Notes: generated from the sequence alone by a model not told the origin. Positions 29,077-39,721 are shown, counted from the first letter of the stretch. The stretch: DNA of 64,000 bases from an uncultured Myxococcales bacterium (GCA_903857665.1 CAIOFV010000159.1:1894-65893); one strand, 5' to 3'. A program made the numbers and translations.

Positions 29077-30921
29077 ATGGATGCGACCGGCTGGATCGTC
29101 ATCGGCGTCTACCTGCTGGGAATCCTGGGCCTGGGCCTGTGGACGTCCCGGCGCCGGAAGACCCGGTCCATGGACGGCTTCTTCACCGCCGGCCGCAGCC
29201 TCCCCTGGTGGCTGGCGGGCACCGCGATGCTGGCCACCAGCTTTTCCAGCGACACACCGCTGCACACGACCCGGATGATCCGCGAGCACGGCCTGTCCGG
29301 CGCCTGGTTCTACTGGGGCGGCATCCTGGGCGGCGGGGTCATCGCGTTCTTCTTCGCCCGCCTGTGGCGCAAGTCGTCCGTCGTGACGGACGCGGAGCTG
29401 ATCGAGCAACGCTACAGCGGCAAGCCGGCGGCGGTGCTTCGCGGTGCCACCGCGCTGTTCCGCGGCACGGTGCTGGAGTTGATCACGCTGTCGTGGGTCA
29501 CGCTGGGGATGACCAAGATCGTGCGCACCCTGATCGAGCTGCCCGACGCGATCGAGATCGCGGGGATCGCGGTGCCGGCCGACGCGCTGGTGGTGGCCGC
29601 GCTGATCGTCGTCGGGCTGGCGTACAGCGTCACGTCCGGGCTGCTGGCCGTGGTGTTCACCGAGATGGTCGAGTTCACCGTCGCGATGCTGGGCGCCATC
29701 CTGCTGGCCGGCGTCGCGTTGTACAAGGTGGGCGGGGCCAGCGGGCTGCGCGAAAAGCTGGATGCACTGGCGGCGTCGGGGGCCAACGAGCACCTGGCCA
29801 CGGGGTCCTCGGCGCTCGACTTCTTCCCGTCCATGGCCGGCGAGACCTTTTCGGCGCTGACGGTGGGCGTGTACCTGGGCGTGATGTGGTGGTCGTCGCC
29901 GTACGTCGATGGCAGCGGCCAGCGGGCCCAGCGCTTCCTGTCCTGCAAGAACGAGGGGCACGCGCTGATCGCCGGCATCTGGAACATGGCCGTGCAGTGG
30001 ATCATCCGATCATGGCCCTGGTACATCGCGGCGCTGGTGTCGATGGTGCTGTACCCGACGCTGGCTGACGGCGAAACCGCGTACCCGAGGATGGTGGTGG
30101 ACCTGCTGCCCAGCATCCCCCGGGCGATCATGGTGGCATCGTTCTTCGCCGCGTTCATGGCCACCTTCACGGGCCTGCTGAACCTGTGCGCGTCGTACCT
30201 GTCCAACGACGTGTACCGGCGGTTCCTGGTGAAGAAGGGAAGCGAACGGCACTACCTGGCCGCCTCCCGGGGCCTGACCATCGGGGTGGCCGTCGTCGCG
30301 GGCTCGCTGGCCCTGGTGCTGCCGTCGGTGCTGGGCGCCTTCCGCTTCAAGATGGAGCTGATGTCGGGGCTGGGCCTGGTCGCGGTGCTGCGCTGGTTCT
30401 GGTGGCGCGTCAACGCGACGACCGAGTTGGCGGCGCTGGTCACGTCGGTGGCCGTCGCCCTGACGGCGCGGTTCATCCCGGGCCTGGAAGCCGACACGGC
30501 GGACGCCTCGGCGTTGCGGCTTCTGACGGTGGTGGCGGTCACCGCGCTGGTGACGATCGTCACGGCGCTGGCCACCCCGCCGGAACCGCGGGAGAAACTG
30601 GTGGCGTTCTTCGAGCGGGTGCGGCCGCCCCGGGCGCTCTGGGGGCCGATCGCGGCGCTGGCCCGCCCCGGCGACCGCAGCACGATCACGCTGGGCACCT
30701 GGGGGCAGTTCGGGCTGGCCGTGGCGTTCGTGTTCTGCGCCATGTTCGGCCTGGGCAAGGTCATCCTGGGCGAACCGCTGCTGGGAGTGGGGCTGCTGGC
30801 GGTTTCGGCGGCCTGCTTCTACGTCCTGTGGCGCTGGGTCATCCAGGGCGCGCTGGGCGACAATACCGTGAACGCGCCTCCCGCCGACACGGCCGCGCAG
30901 GATGCGACGAGCGCCGGCTGA
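29077..30921 (+). CDS. sodium:solute symporter family (SSF) transporter
   Basis: ATG lies 7 nt after GGGGAGG. 614 aa with ~13-14 TM. The N-terminal region (GRSLPWWLAGTAMLATSFSSDT) is SSF-like. Confidence 0.75.
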   Translation: MDATGWIVIGVYLLGILGLGLWTSRRRKTRSMDGFFTAGRSLPWWLAGTAMLATSFSSDTPLHTTRMIREHGLSGAWFYWGGILGGGVIAFFFARLWRKSSVVTDAELIEQRYSGKPAAVLRGATALFRGTVLELITLSWVTLGMTKIVRTLIELPDAIEIAGIAVPADALVVAALIVVGLAYSVTSGLLAVVFTEMVEFTVAMLGAILLAGVALYKVGGASGLREKLDALAASGANEHLATGSSALDFFPSMAGETFSALTVGVYLGVMWWSSPYVDGSGQRAQRFLSCKNEGHALIAGIWNMAVQWIIRSWPWYIAALVSMVLYPTLADGETAYPRMVVDLLPSIPRAIMVASFFAAFMATFTGLLNLCASYLSNDVYRRFLVKKGSERHYLAASRGLTIGVAVVAGSLALVLPSVLGAFRFKMELMSGLGLVAVLRWFWWRVNATTELAALVTSVAVALTARFIPGLEADTADASALRLLTVVAVTALVTIVTALATPPEPREKLVAFFERVRPPRALWGPIAALARPGDRSTITLGTWGQFGLAVAFVFCAMFGLGKVILGEPLLGVGLLAVSAACFYVLWRWVIQGALGDNTVNAPPADTAAQDATSAG

Positions 30922-30963
30922 GACGCTCCGGTTCCGGCGACCCTTCTTGCAGCGAGGCCCCGC

Positions 30964-33960
30964 ATGGAACGGTATCCCGAGTACACGCGCGAACGCCTTC
31001 GGCAACTGGGCGCGACGCTGCAGTCGCTGGTGTACCCCGAACGGATCCGGTGCGACGAGATCCTCGCCACCGGCCCGACCGGGCGCATCCCGTTCGCGCG
31101 TGCGCAGTCCCTGGAGGGCTTCGCACCCGCACGCTTCGGCGAGGTGCTGGGGCCGGCGTGGGCCACCTGGTGGTTCCGCGTCCATGCCCGCGTGCCGGAA
31201 GCCTGGGACGGCCATCGCGTGGACCTGCTGTGGGAATCGGGCAGCGAAGCGACCCTCTGGATCGACGGCCGCAGCGTGCAGGGCCTCAATCCCCCCCCCA
31301 TCAACGCCCCGCTGTGCGGCCGCCCGGATGCCCCGCTGCGGCCCTGTGCCCGGGGCGGCGAGGACCTGTCCTTCCAGGTGGAAATGGCGTGCAACCAGGT
31401 GTTCGGCGAGCAGGACCTGCTGTACGGCCCGCAGCGGTTCGCGCTGGTCCAGTGCGACATCGCCCGCTTCGACCCGGAGGCCTGGGCGCTGGCCGGCGAC
31501 TTCCTGGTGCTGGTTGGGCTGGAAGCCGAGCACGCACGCGGGCTGGACCCGACCTGGGCCGGCGAATTGCTGTCCGGCCTGAACCGGTTCGCGAACCTCT
31601 ACAACGCGGAGGATCGCGCGACCTGGGGTCCGGCGCGCGCGGTGCTGGCCGGGTTGCTGGCGCACACGAACGGCGCCGGTTCGTCGATCCACCAGTTGAG
31701 CGCGTGCGGCCACGCGCACATGGACACCGCGTGGGTCTGGCCGATGGCCGAAACGAAGCGCAAGTGCGTCCGCACGTTCAGCAATGCGCTGCGGCTGATG
31801 GACGACTACCCGGAGTACCGCTTCGCCTGCTCGCAGGCGCAGCAGTACGCGTGGATCAAGGACGGCGACCCCGACCTGTACGAGCGCATCCGCGCGCAGG
31901 TCGCCGAGGGGCGCTTCATCCCGGTCGGGGGCATGTGGGTCGAGCCCGACTGCAACCTGATTTCGGGCGAGTCGCTGGTGCGGCAATTGCTGTTCGGGCA
32001 GCGCTTCTTCCAGCGCGAGTTCGGCATCACCTGCCGCGAGGGCTGGCTGCCCGACATCTTCGGGTACAACGGCCAGATGCCCCAACTGCTGTCGCTGGCC
32101 GGGATGGACCGGTTCGTGACGCAGAAGCTGTCGTGGAACCGGTTCAACCAGCCGCTGCACCACACCTTCGTCTGGGAGGGCATCGACGGGTCCGAGCTGC
32201 TGACGCACTTCCCGCCGGCCAACACCTACGGCGCCACCGCGACGGTCGAGGAGCTGCGCTTCAACGTGACCAACTTCAAGGACCACGACCGGTCGCGCGA
32301 AAGCCTGATGCTGTTCGGGCTGGGCGACGGGGGCGGAGGACCGACCCGGCGCATGCTGGAAAACCTGCGGCGCGTGCGCGACCTGCAGGGGCTGCCGCGC
32401 ACCGAAATCCGCTCGATCGACGCGTTCTTCGATCGCCTGGAGGCGGACTACCAGGACCGCACCCGCGTGGTCGGCGAGCTGTACCTGGAGTACCACCGCG
32501 GCACCTACACGTCCCAGGCGTTCATCAAGCGCGGCAACCGGGCCGGCGAGTTCCTGCTGCACGACATCGAACTGCTGGGTGCGGCCGCGCACCGGCTGGC
32601 CGGGGCGGCGTACCCGCATGCGGGGCTCGACAGCCTGTGGCAGCGCCTGCTGACGCTGCAGTTCCACGACATCCTGCCCGGCTCGTCATCGACGGAGGTC
32701 TACGACGACGCCCGCCGGGACCTTGCGATCATCGCCACGGAAGGCGCGTCCCTGCGCGAAGCCGCGATCGCCGCGCTGCCCCGCGGAGGCCCCGCCGGTC
32801 CGAGCGTGATCAACACGACCTCGTTCGCGCACGCCGCGGTGGTCGAAGGCGGCGACGGCGCTCTGGCGTGGGCCCAGGCGCCGGCCTGCGGGATCGGTCG
32901 CCTGGCAACCGCACCGGACGCGGTCGCGATGACCGTGCAGCCCGGGCGCATCGTGCTGGAAAACGCGCACCTGCGCGCCGAATTGGACGAGGACGGAGGG
33001 CTGGTCAGCCTGGTCGATCGCCCGACGGGGCGCGAGGCGCTGGCGGGCCCGGGCAACCGGCTGGTGCTGCACCCCGACCAGCCGACCCAGTACGACGCCT
33101 GGGAACTGGACCCCATCCACCTGGAGGTCGAACACAATTGCCCGCCCGCCGAGTCCTGCGAGCCCTTCGGACAAGGCTCCCTGAGGGCCGGCGTCCGCTA
33201 TCGCCGCGCGATCGGCGCACACAGCCGCATGGTCCAGACGGTTCGCCTGGACGCGGGGGCGCGCCGGCTGGAGTTCGTCACGGAAATCGACTGGCACGAG
33301 GACCACCAGGTGCTGAAGGTCGCCTTCCCGCTGGCGGTCCGGGCGATGCACGCGACCTACGAAATGCAGTTCGGCGCCGTCGAACGGCCCACGCACTTCA
33401 ACACGACCTTCGACCTGGCGCGCTTCGAGGTGCCGGGCCACCGGTGGGCCGACCTGTCCGAGCACGGCTTCGGCGTCGCGCTGCTGTCGGACAGCAAGTA
33501 CGGGTACTCCTGCCACCGGAACGTGCTGCGGATGACGCTGCTGCGAGCGCCGACCTTCCCGGACCCGACGGCCGACCGGGGCCCGCACCGGTTCGCGTAT
33601 GCGCTGATGCCGCACGCGGGCGGCTGGCAGGACGCGGGCGTGGTGGCGGAGGGGTTCCGGTTCAACGTGCCGCTGCGCATCAGCGACGCGAACCTGCAGC
33701 CGGGCAGCCTGTTCACGGTGGCCGACTGGAACCTGGTGATCGACACCGTGAAGAAGGCCGAGGACGACGACGGCCTGATCGTGCGCCTGTACGAGGCGCA
33801 CGGGGCGCGTGGCCGCGGCCGGCTGGTGCCCGGCATCCCGTTCACCACTGCGACGTTGGTCGACCTGCTGGAGCGCGATCTGGGTCCCGCCCTGGTGGTG
33901 GACGGGCGGATCGACATCGACTACCGCCCGTTCCAGGTGATCAGCGTGAAGCTGGTGTGA
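30964..33960 (+). CDS. glycoside hydrolase family 38 alpha-mannosidase (cytoplasmic)
   Basis: 998 aa. GH38 N-domain motifs HAHMDTAWVW, GGMWVEPDCNL, DIFGY and a central/C-terminal beta-sandwich. No signal peptide. Confidence 0.85.
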   Translation: MERYPEYTRERLRQLGATLQSLVYPERIRCDEILATGPTGRIPFARAQSLEGFAPARFGEVLGPAWATWWFRVHARVPEAWDGHRVDLLWESGSEATLWIDGRSVQGLNPPPINAPLCGRPDAPLRPCARGGEDLSFQVEMACNQVFGEQDLLYGPQRFALVQCDIARFDPEAWALAGDFLVLVGLEAEHARGLDPTWAGELLSGLNRFANLYNAEDRATWGPARAVLAGLLAHTNGAGSSIHQLSACGHAHMDTAWVWPMAETKRKCVRTFSNALRLMDDYPEYRFACSQAQQYAWIKDGDPDLYERIRAQVAEGRFIPVGGMWVEPDCNLISGESLVRQLLFGQRFFQREFGITCREGWLPDIFGYNGQMPQLLSLAGMDRFVTQKLSWNRFNQPLHHTFVWEGIDGSELLTHFPPANTYGATATVEELRFNVTNFKDHDRSRESLMLFGLGDGGGGPTRRMLENLRRVRDLQGLPRTEIRSIDAFFDRLEADYQDRTRVVGELYLEYHRGTYTSQAFIKRGNRAGEFLLHDIELLGAAAHRLAGAAYPHAGLDSLWQRLLTLQFHDILPGSSSTEVYDDARRDLAIIATEGASLREAAIAALPRGGPAGPSVINTTSFAHAAVVEGGDGALAWAQAPACGIGRLATAPDAVAMTVQPGRIVLENAHLRAELDEDGGLVSLVDRPTGREALAGPGNRLVLHPDQPTQYDAWELDPIHLEVEHNCPPAESCEPFGQGSLRAGVRYRRAIGAHSRMVQTVRLDAGARRLEFVTEIDWHEDHQVLKVAFPLAVRAMHATYEMQFGAVERPTHFNTTFDLARFEVPGHRWADLSEHGFGVALLSDSKYGYSCHRNVLRMTLLRAPTFPDPTADRGPHRFAYALMPHAGGWQDAGVVAEGFRFNVPLRISDANLQPGSLFTVADWNLVIDTVKKAEDDDGLIVRLYEAHGARGRGRLVPGIPFTTATLVDLLERDLGPALVVDGRIDIDYRPFQVISVKLV

Positions 33961-33990
33961 CGCCCCAGCCGATGCCGTTCAGCGCCGGGC

Positions 33991-36216
33991 CTATCGGACT
34001 CCCGCCTGCAGCGCCCCCAGGTCCGGCGGCACGTGCGCGGTGGCGAGTGCGGCGGCCCACTTCACGTCCAGGTTGCCGAGGTCCAGCCCCGAGCCGTCGC
34101 GGACGAAGATCGGGATCTTCTGCATCGGCACATCGACCGTCACCACCGTCGGGCCGGTCACCGACTGGCCCGTCCAGGCGTCGCGCCACGTCCCTTCCGG
34201 CACGTGCACGTCGCGGGTGGTGGTACCGGGCTGCCACACGGGCGCGACCAGCAGGTCCGGCCCGTACAGGTACTGGTCCCAGAGGTCGCGGTATTCGGCG
34301 TGGCCCGGGAACGCGAAGGCCATCGGGCGGACCAGCATCGTGCCGTCCTGGTGGGACTTCACGGCCTGTGCGTACGAGTAGTCCCGCAGCGAATCGTGGA
34401 GGTTCGCATACAGGATCCACGCGGCGATCAGAGGCTCGTCGTAGGGCGTCCAGTCATCGACGCTGCCGTCGGGCAGGCGCGCCCAGAACCCCGTGTCGGA
34501 GGTCGGCCCTACCTCCATCAAGGGCGAAAACGCCGAAAACGCCAGCCACCGCATGCAGACCTCCCGCGGCGCCTGGTAGCCCAGGTACCCGCAGGTGTCC
34601 GAGCCCCAGAACGGGAAGTGCATCGCGGCTGCCCGCTGCATCCCGATGATCGCCGAGCGGAGGCCCCACTCGGACGCGTCGGTGTCCCCGGCCCAGATCA
34701 TCGCGTGCTGCTGGCTGCCCACCCAGGCCGCCCGGAAGAAGGCGATGGCGTCGTCGATGCCGGCCCGCTGGAACGCCCCGTGCACCGCGGCCGCGTACCG
34801 GCGCGGGCTGCCGTTGTGGCCTTCGCGGAACGACGTCCCGTCGTGGTAGGTGCCCGTCACGACGATCCCGTCGGGCTCCTTTTCTTCGCCTCGGTCGCAC
34901 TTGAACCCCGCCACGCCTTCCTTCAGCCGGGCGCCCAGCGCGTCCTGCCACCAGGCCACGGCGTCCGGATTCGTCAGGTCCAGCAGGTCCGCGCCGTCCT
35001 GCGACCCGGGCATCTCGCCGGTCGTCACGTAACCCTTCGCCTCGGCCTCCGGGCGCATCGTCGGCCCCACGGCCCAGTCGACGATCCACAGCAGCAACTT
35101 CGTGCCCCGCGTCCCCAGCCACGCCAGCATCTGCTGCGCATGTGGCACGCGCGTTTCGTCCCACTGGAGGTCGTCGTACCCGAAGGAGCCGGGCCCCCAG
35201 GGCCGGTCGATCCAGTACGCGGCGCACGGGATCCCGAACGCCCCCATCATCAGCACGTCCTCGACCAGGCTGGTGTTGTAGGGCGTCCGGTTCGTCGTGC
35301 CGTCGTAGAAAGTCGAACTGTTGTAGTTCACGTCGCGCCAGCGCCATGGGCCGAACGCCCACTTCGGCGGCAGGATCGTCGTGCCCACGGCGCGGGCGTA
35401 ACGCGCGGTCACGTCCATCGGCGAGGGCCCGGGCAGGATCCGGAGGACCAGCGCCGGCCCCTCGTATCGCAGATCGACCGCGTGCGGATCGGCCTTGCCG
35501 AAGTCGTACCCCCCGGGCCAATCGCTTTCGATCCAGGCGCCCCACCCTGCCGACGACACGAAGAACGGCGAATAGGCGGCCAGCGACGGCTGGACGAACA
35601 GGTCGAAGGCCAGGCCCCTCAGGTCCAGGCCCTGGGTCAGCCCGACCGCCCACGAGCCCGACTGGTCCCCGGGGACGACGCGCTCCATCGCGCCGTAGAA
35701 CGCCTCGTCGGCCGACACCGCGAAGTCCGCGCCCAGGCGTTCCGTCGCGGTCCTGCCATCCACGCGGAAGGTGACGCGCACCGCGCCTTCGGCAGCGGGT
35801 TCGATCCGCACCGTGGCGGCGCGCTGGTCGGAGGTCGACAGGGACAGCGTCGTGGCGTCGCCGTCGGTCGCGGCCACGGCCGGGCCGACGAGGTCGGTCC
35901 GGGTGCCGGTGGAGGTGTCGAACAGGTAGAACGCGGGCTTCCCGGAGCCTCCGGCCAGCGAGGCCACGGGCGTCTCGCCCCAGGTCAGGCGCACCGCCAC
36001 GGCCTCGCGGTCGATGGTCCAGCCGAGGGCGGTCGGCGCAGTCACGTCTGCCGAGACGTCCCTCTGCACGTCCGCAGGCACGTCGCCGCCATCGCCATCG
36101 GGAACGTCCGCGAACGCATCGCCCGGCCCCGGGCCCGCAGGCGCCCCGGCACCCCGTCCGCACGCCGCAACCAGGGCCAGCACCAGCAATCGGGCGATCC
36201 GGAACCGCGCGGCCAT
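33991..36216 (-). CDS. glycoside hydrolase family 31 lipoprotein (alpha-glucosidase/xylosidase-like)
   Basis: ATG 36216 (MAARFRIARLLVLALVAACGRG; lipobox) lies after a G-rich RBS. GH31 catalytic region WIDRPWG..., KCDRGE, WAGDTDASEWGL. The upstream 31 codons of the track ORF are rejected. Confidence 0.8.
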   Translation of the reverse strand: MAARFRIARLLVLALVAACGRGAGAPAGPGPGDAFADVPDGDGGDVPADVQRDVSADVTAPTALGWTIDREAVAVRLTWGETPVASLAGGSGKPAFYLFDTSTGTRTDLVGPAVAATDGDATTLSLSTSDQRAATVRIEPAAEGAVRVTFRVDGRTATERLGADFAVSADEAFYGAMERVVPGDQSGSWAVGLTQGLDLRGLAFDLFVQPSLAAYSPFFVSSAGWGAWIESDWPGGYDFGKADPHAVDLRYEGPALVLRILPGPSPMDVTARYARAVGTTILPPKWAFGPWRWRDVNYNSSTFYDGTTNRTPYNTSLVEDVLMMGAFGIPCAAYWIDRPWGPGSFGYDDLQWDETRVPHAQQMLAWLGTRGTKLLLWIVDWAVGPTMRPEAEAKGYVTTGEMPGSQDGADLLDLTNPDAVAWWQDALGARLKEGVAGFKCDRGEEKEPDGIVVTGTYHDGTSFREGHNGSPRRYAAAVHGAFQRAGIDDAIAFFRAAWVGSQQHAMIWAGDTDASEWGLRSAIIGMQRAAAMHFPFWGSDTCGYLGYQAPREVCMRWLAFSAFSPLMEVGPTSDTGFWARLPDGSVDDWTPYDEPLIAAWILYANLHDSLRDYSYAQAVKSHQDGTMLVRPMAFAFPGHAEYRDLWDQYLYGPDLLVAPVWQPGTTTRDVHVPEGTWRDAWTGQSVTGPTVVTVDVPMQKIPIFVRDGSGLDLGNLDVKWAAALATAHVPPDLGALQAGVR

Positions 36217-36328
36217 TCCAACCCCCCGGCACGAAAGGCCGCCATGCGCGGCCCGGGGCGATCCTAGGCCAGGTGACAACGAACCGGAAGCCGGGCCTTC
36301 GGGCGGCAAGACGCGGGCATCGACAGGT

Positions 36329-37456
36329 TCAGCGCCCCGCCACGGACCTCGTGCGAAGCCCCTCCATGTACCCGCGGCCCTTTTCCATCAACGCCACGAA
36401 TCCCTCTTCGTCGCCTTCGGCAACGCGGCCGACGACGTCCTCGATCGCCTGGCGCAGCGCGTCGAGCGGCGCACGACCGTGGGCGTTCAGCGCCTGGATT
36501 TCGAAGTACAGGCGTGGATTTTCGCTGGCCACCCGCGATGCCACGTCCAACTGGGCGTCGAAGGTGGTGCTGGAAATGCGATCCAGCAACGCGGCCGGAA
36601 GGTCGCTGCGGGCCAGCGCCGTGAAGAAGGCGATGTTCAGCGCGTGGGACATGCCGAGCACGAATCCCATCAACCGATCGTGATCGTCCAGGCTCATGTC
36701 CACCAGGTCCGCCATCGTCGGGGCGAAGAGGGCCTTGGCCTCGGCGGTGGCCGCCGGCGCGCCCACGTCCACGAAGACCACGTGGCGCCCGGACAACAGC
36801 GCCACGTCCGGACCGAACATCGGATGGACCGAGGTAGCCCGGACGCCCGCGGCCACCAGCGCCTGGAAGGCGTCCCGCAGGGGGCTTTTCAGGGAACCCA
36901 CGTCGAAGACCAGGCCCCGGGGACGGGAATCCGCCAGTTCCGCGAGGATGACTCCGGTCGCGGCCAGCGGCGCCGCCACCACGATGACATCGCGGTCCGA
37001 CTCCAGGCCATGCCAGTCCGCCACGTGGTCCACCCACTCGCGGGGGTCGGCCGGGCCCGCCGGGTCGGCCGAAATCACCCGGAAGCCCTGGGACCGAAGG
37101 AAGCGCCCGAACCAGCGCCCCATGCGCCCCTCGCCGCCGATGACCAGGGCGGTCCGGCCCGCGCCGGAACCCTGCGCCATCACGCGGTCCTGCTCCTGCA
37201 CCTGCAGCGACGCCCGGACCAGCGACTGCAGCAGGTTCACGGCCAGGTCGGGAGGCACTCCGGCTCGAAGGGCCGCCTTCCGGGCCCGGGCCATCACCTC
37301 GCCCTCGCGCCCCGAGTCCCGATCGGGGCGGCCCCCGGCCCGCTTCATGCGGCCGATTTCGGCCACCAGTTCCATGCGCCGGGCCACCAGCGATACCATG
37401 TCGTCGTCCAGCGCATCCAGGCGGGCGCGCAGTTCCCCTAGATCGTTGTCCGGCAT
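36329..37456 (-). CDS. tyrA: bifunctional chorismate mutase / prephenate dehydrogenase
   Basis: ATG 37456 lies 4 nt after GGAGG. N-terminal AroQ chorismate-mutase helix LGELRARLDALDDDMVSLVARRMELVAEIGRMK, then a prephenate-dehydrogenase Rossmann fold (ALVIGGEGRMG). The track ORF carries a 140-codon upstream artefact. Confidence 0.85.
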   Translation of the reverse strand: MPDNDLGELRARLDALDDDMVSLVARRMELVAEIGRMKRAGGRPDRDSGREGEVMARARKAALRAGVPPDLAVNLLQSLVRASLQVQEQDRVMAQGSGAGRTALVIGGEGRMGRWFGRFLRSQGFRVISADPAGPADPREWVDHVADWHGLESDRDVIVVAAPLAATGVILAELADSRPRGLVFDVGSLKSPLRDAFQALVAAGVRATSVHPMFGPDVALLSGRHVVFVDVGAPAATAEAKALFAPTMADLVDMSLDDHDRLMGFVLGMSHALNIAFFTALARSDLPAALLDRISSTTFDAQLDVASRVASENPRLYFEIQALNAHGRAPLDALRQAIEDVVGRVAEGDEEGFVALMEKGRGYMEGLRTRSVAGR

Positions 37457-37616
37457 GGTTCCTCCGCGGGACCTCGGTCCGTTCAAGTATGACAGGGTGC
37501 GACCAAGCCCCATGCGCTTCGCGAGGGCGCCTGATCCCCCCTGCATTCTCGGACCATTATACTCATCCAATGGCGCGGTGCGTGACATGGGGTTTCGGGA
37601 CCCGCCGGAGAACGGG

Positions 37617-38684
37617 ATGGACAGGAATCCGCTCTGTGACGTCAATGTCGTTTCAAAGACCCTGCTGCCCACCCCGAAAGAGGTCGAGGCACGCCGGCCC
37701 CTGACGCCCGAGGCGTTGGCGACGGTGTCCCGCGGGCGTCGGACGGTGGTGGACATCCTGGAGCACCAGGATCCGCGGTGGTTCGCGGTGGTGGGACCGT
37801 GCTCCATCCACGACCTGGCGGCGGCCCGGGAGTATGCCGGGCGGCTGCGGGCGCTGGCCGACGAGGTGGCGGACACACTGTTCCTGGTGATGCGGGTCTA
37901 CTTCGAAAAGCCGAGGACCTCGATCGGGTGGAAGGGGTTCGTCAACGATCCCTACCTGGACGACTCGTTCCGCATCGCCGAGGGGCTGGTGATGGCCCGG
38001 GGACTGCTGCTGGACCTGGCGACGCTGGGCCTGCCCGTCGCCACCGAGGCGCTGGATCCCATCACGCCCCAGTACCTCGGCGACCTGGTGTCCGTGTCGG
38101 CCATCGGTGCGCGCACCACCGAATCCCAGCCCCACCGCGAAATGGCCAGCGGCCTGTCCACGCCGGTGGGCTTCAAGAACGCCACCGACGGCAGCCTGGA
38201 ATCGGCGGTGAACGCGATGCAGTCCGCGTCGCGGCCCCACTCGTTCCTGGGCATCGACCAGCGCGGGCAATGCGCCGTCTTCCGGACCCGCGGCAACCGG
38301 CACGGCTACCTGATCCTGAGGGGCGGCGACCGGCCGAACCACGACGCGGCCACGGTGGCCCGGGTCGAGGGAATCCTGGCGGACGCCGGCATGCCCGCCC
38401 GCCTCGTGGTGGACTGCAGCCACGGTAATTCGGGGAAGGATTGCGAGCGGCAGCCCGCGGTGCTCGACGACTGCGTGCAACAGCGCCTTGCCGGAAACCG
38501 ATCGATCGTGGGCGTGATGCTGGAAAGCCACCTGCATGGTGGCAACCAGCCCCTGGGCCCGGACCCGTCGATGCTGCAGTACGGCGTGTCCATCACCGAC
38601 GCCTGCCTGGATTGGGACACGACCGCCCGGGTGCTGCGGGACACGCGGGATCGCCTGCGGCCCACCGTGGAGGCAACTCGATGA
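37617..38684 (+). CDS. aroG: class I (AroF/G/H-type) 3-deoxy-7-phosphoheptulonate (DAHP) synthase
   Basis: VVGPCSIHD, KPRTS, GxKN motifs. ATG 37617 lies 7 nt after GGAGAA. An alternative ATG at 37587 adds 10 aa. Confidence 0.85.
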   Translation: MDRNPLCDVNVVSKTLLPTPKEVEARRPLTPEALATVSRGRRTVVDILEHQDPRWFAVVGPCSIHDLAAAREYAGRLRALADEVADTLFLVMRVYFEKPRTSIGWKGFVNDPYLDDSFRIAEGLVMARGLLLDLATLGLPVATEALDPITPQYLGDLVSVSAIGARTTESQPHREMASGLSTPVGFKNATDGSLESAVNAMQSASRPHSFLGIDQRGQCAVFRTRGNRHGYLILRGGDRPNHDAATVARVEGILADAGMPARLVVDCSHGNSGKDCERQPAVLDDCVQQRLAGNRSIVGVMLESHLHGGNQPLGPDPSMLQYGVSITDACLDWDTTARVLRDTRDRLRPTVEATR

Positions 38685-39721
38685 ACGCCCCGCCGGACTG
38701 GGACACCCTGGGGTTCGCCTTCCTGGCGACGGACTGGATGTACCGTGCCGAGGCCGACACGGACCGCGATCCGCCGTGGGAGGCCGGCCGCTTCGTGCCG
38801 TTCGGGAACCTGTCGCTGTCGCCCGCGGCGGCGGTGCTGTCCTACGGGTGCGGATGCTTCGAGGGGCTGAAGGCCCGGCGGGGCGTGGACGGCCGGGTGC
38901 GACTGTTCCGGCCCGACGCCCATGGCGCCCGCTTCGCACGGTCCGCCGAGCGGCTGGCGCTGCCGCCCTTCGCGGTGGCGCGCTTCGTCGAGATGGCTGC
39001 CGGGCTGGCCTGGCGCAATGGCCGCTTCGTGCCTCCGGCCGGCAAGGGGACCCTGTACCTGCGCCCGATGATGCACGGCACCGAGGCCCTGCTGGGCGCC
39101 CGGCGGTCCCGGTACGCCGGCCTCACCGCCTACGCATCGCCGGTCGGGGACGTCTTCGGCCGCGACCAGGGGCTGCGCTTGAAGGTGATGGGAACCGCCC
39201 GGGCGGCGACGGGGGGCACGGGCGGCGCCAAGGCCATGGGAAACTACGCGGGCGTGCTGCTGCATAAGGAAGCCGCAGTCCGCGAAGGCTTCGACGACCT
39301 GCTGTTCCTGGACGGCTCGGGACGGGCGCAACTGGGCGAGGCTTCCGGCGCGAACCTGTTCTGCGTGCTGGACGACGGCACGCTGGCGACCCCGCCGCTG
39401 GACGACACGATCCTCGCGGGCGTCACCCGGGATTCCGCGGTGCGCGTGGCCGAGGAGGTGCTGGGCCTTCGCGTGGAACAGCGGCCTCTGTCGCTGGTCG
39501 AGGTGCGGGCACGGGCGCGGGAGGCCTTCTGCACCGGGACGGGCTGGTCCGTGCGGCCCGTGGCGATGCTGGGCGGCGACGGCTGGGAGTGCCGGCTGGG
39601 TCCCCCGGACGTCGCGACCCGGATGGGGGACGTGCTGGAGGGCATCCGGTCGGGCGCCCACCCGGATCCGTTCGGCTGGACCGTGGACGTGGCCGACAGG
39701 GCGGAACTCGAGGAGGCCTGA
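38681..39721 (+). CDS. class IV (BCAT/D-aa fold) PLP-dependent aminotransferase
   Basis: ATG overlaps the aroG stop (ATGA). 346 aa. BCAT-like motifs (GTLYLRP, the Lys region AKAMGNYA, EASGANLF). Lies between aroG and pheA. Confidence 0.8.
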   Translation: MNAPPDWDTLGFAFLATDWMYRAEADTDRDPPWEAGRFVPFGNLSLSPAAAVLSYGCGCFEGLKARRGVDGRVRLFRPDAHGARFARSAERLALPPFAVARFVEMAAGLAWRNGRFVPPAGKGTLYLRPMMHGTEALLGARRSRYAGLTAYASPVGDVFGRDQGLRLKVMGTARAATGGTGGAKAMGNYAGVLLHKEAAVREGFDDLLFLDGSGRAQLGEASGANLFCVLDDGTLATPPLDDTILAGVTRDSAVRVAEEVLGLRVEQRPLSLVEVRARAREAFCTGTGWSVRPVAMLGGDGWECRLGPPDVATRMGDVLEGIRSGAHPDPFGWTVDVADRAELEEA

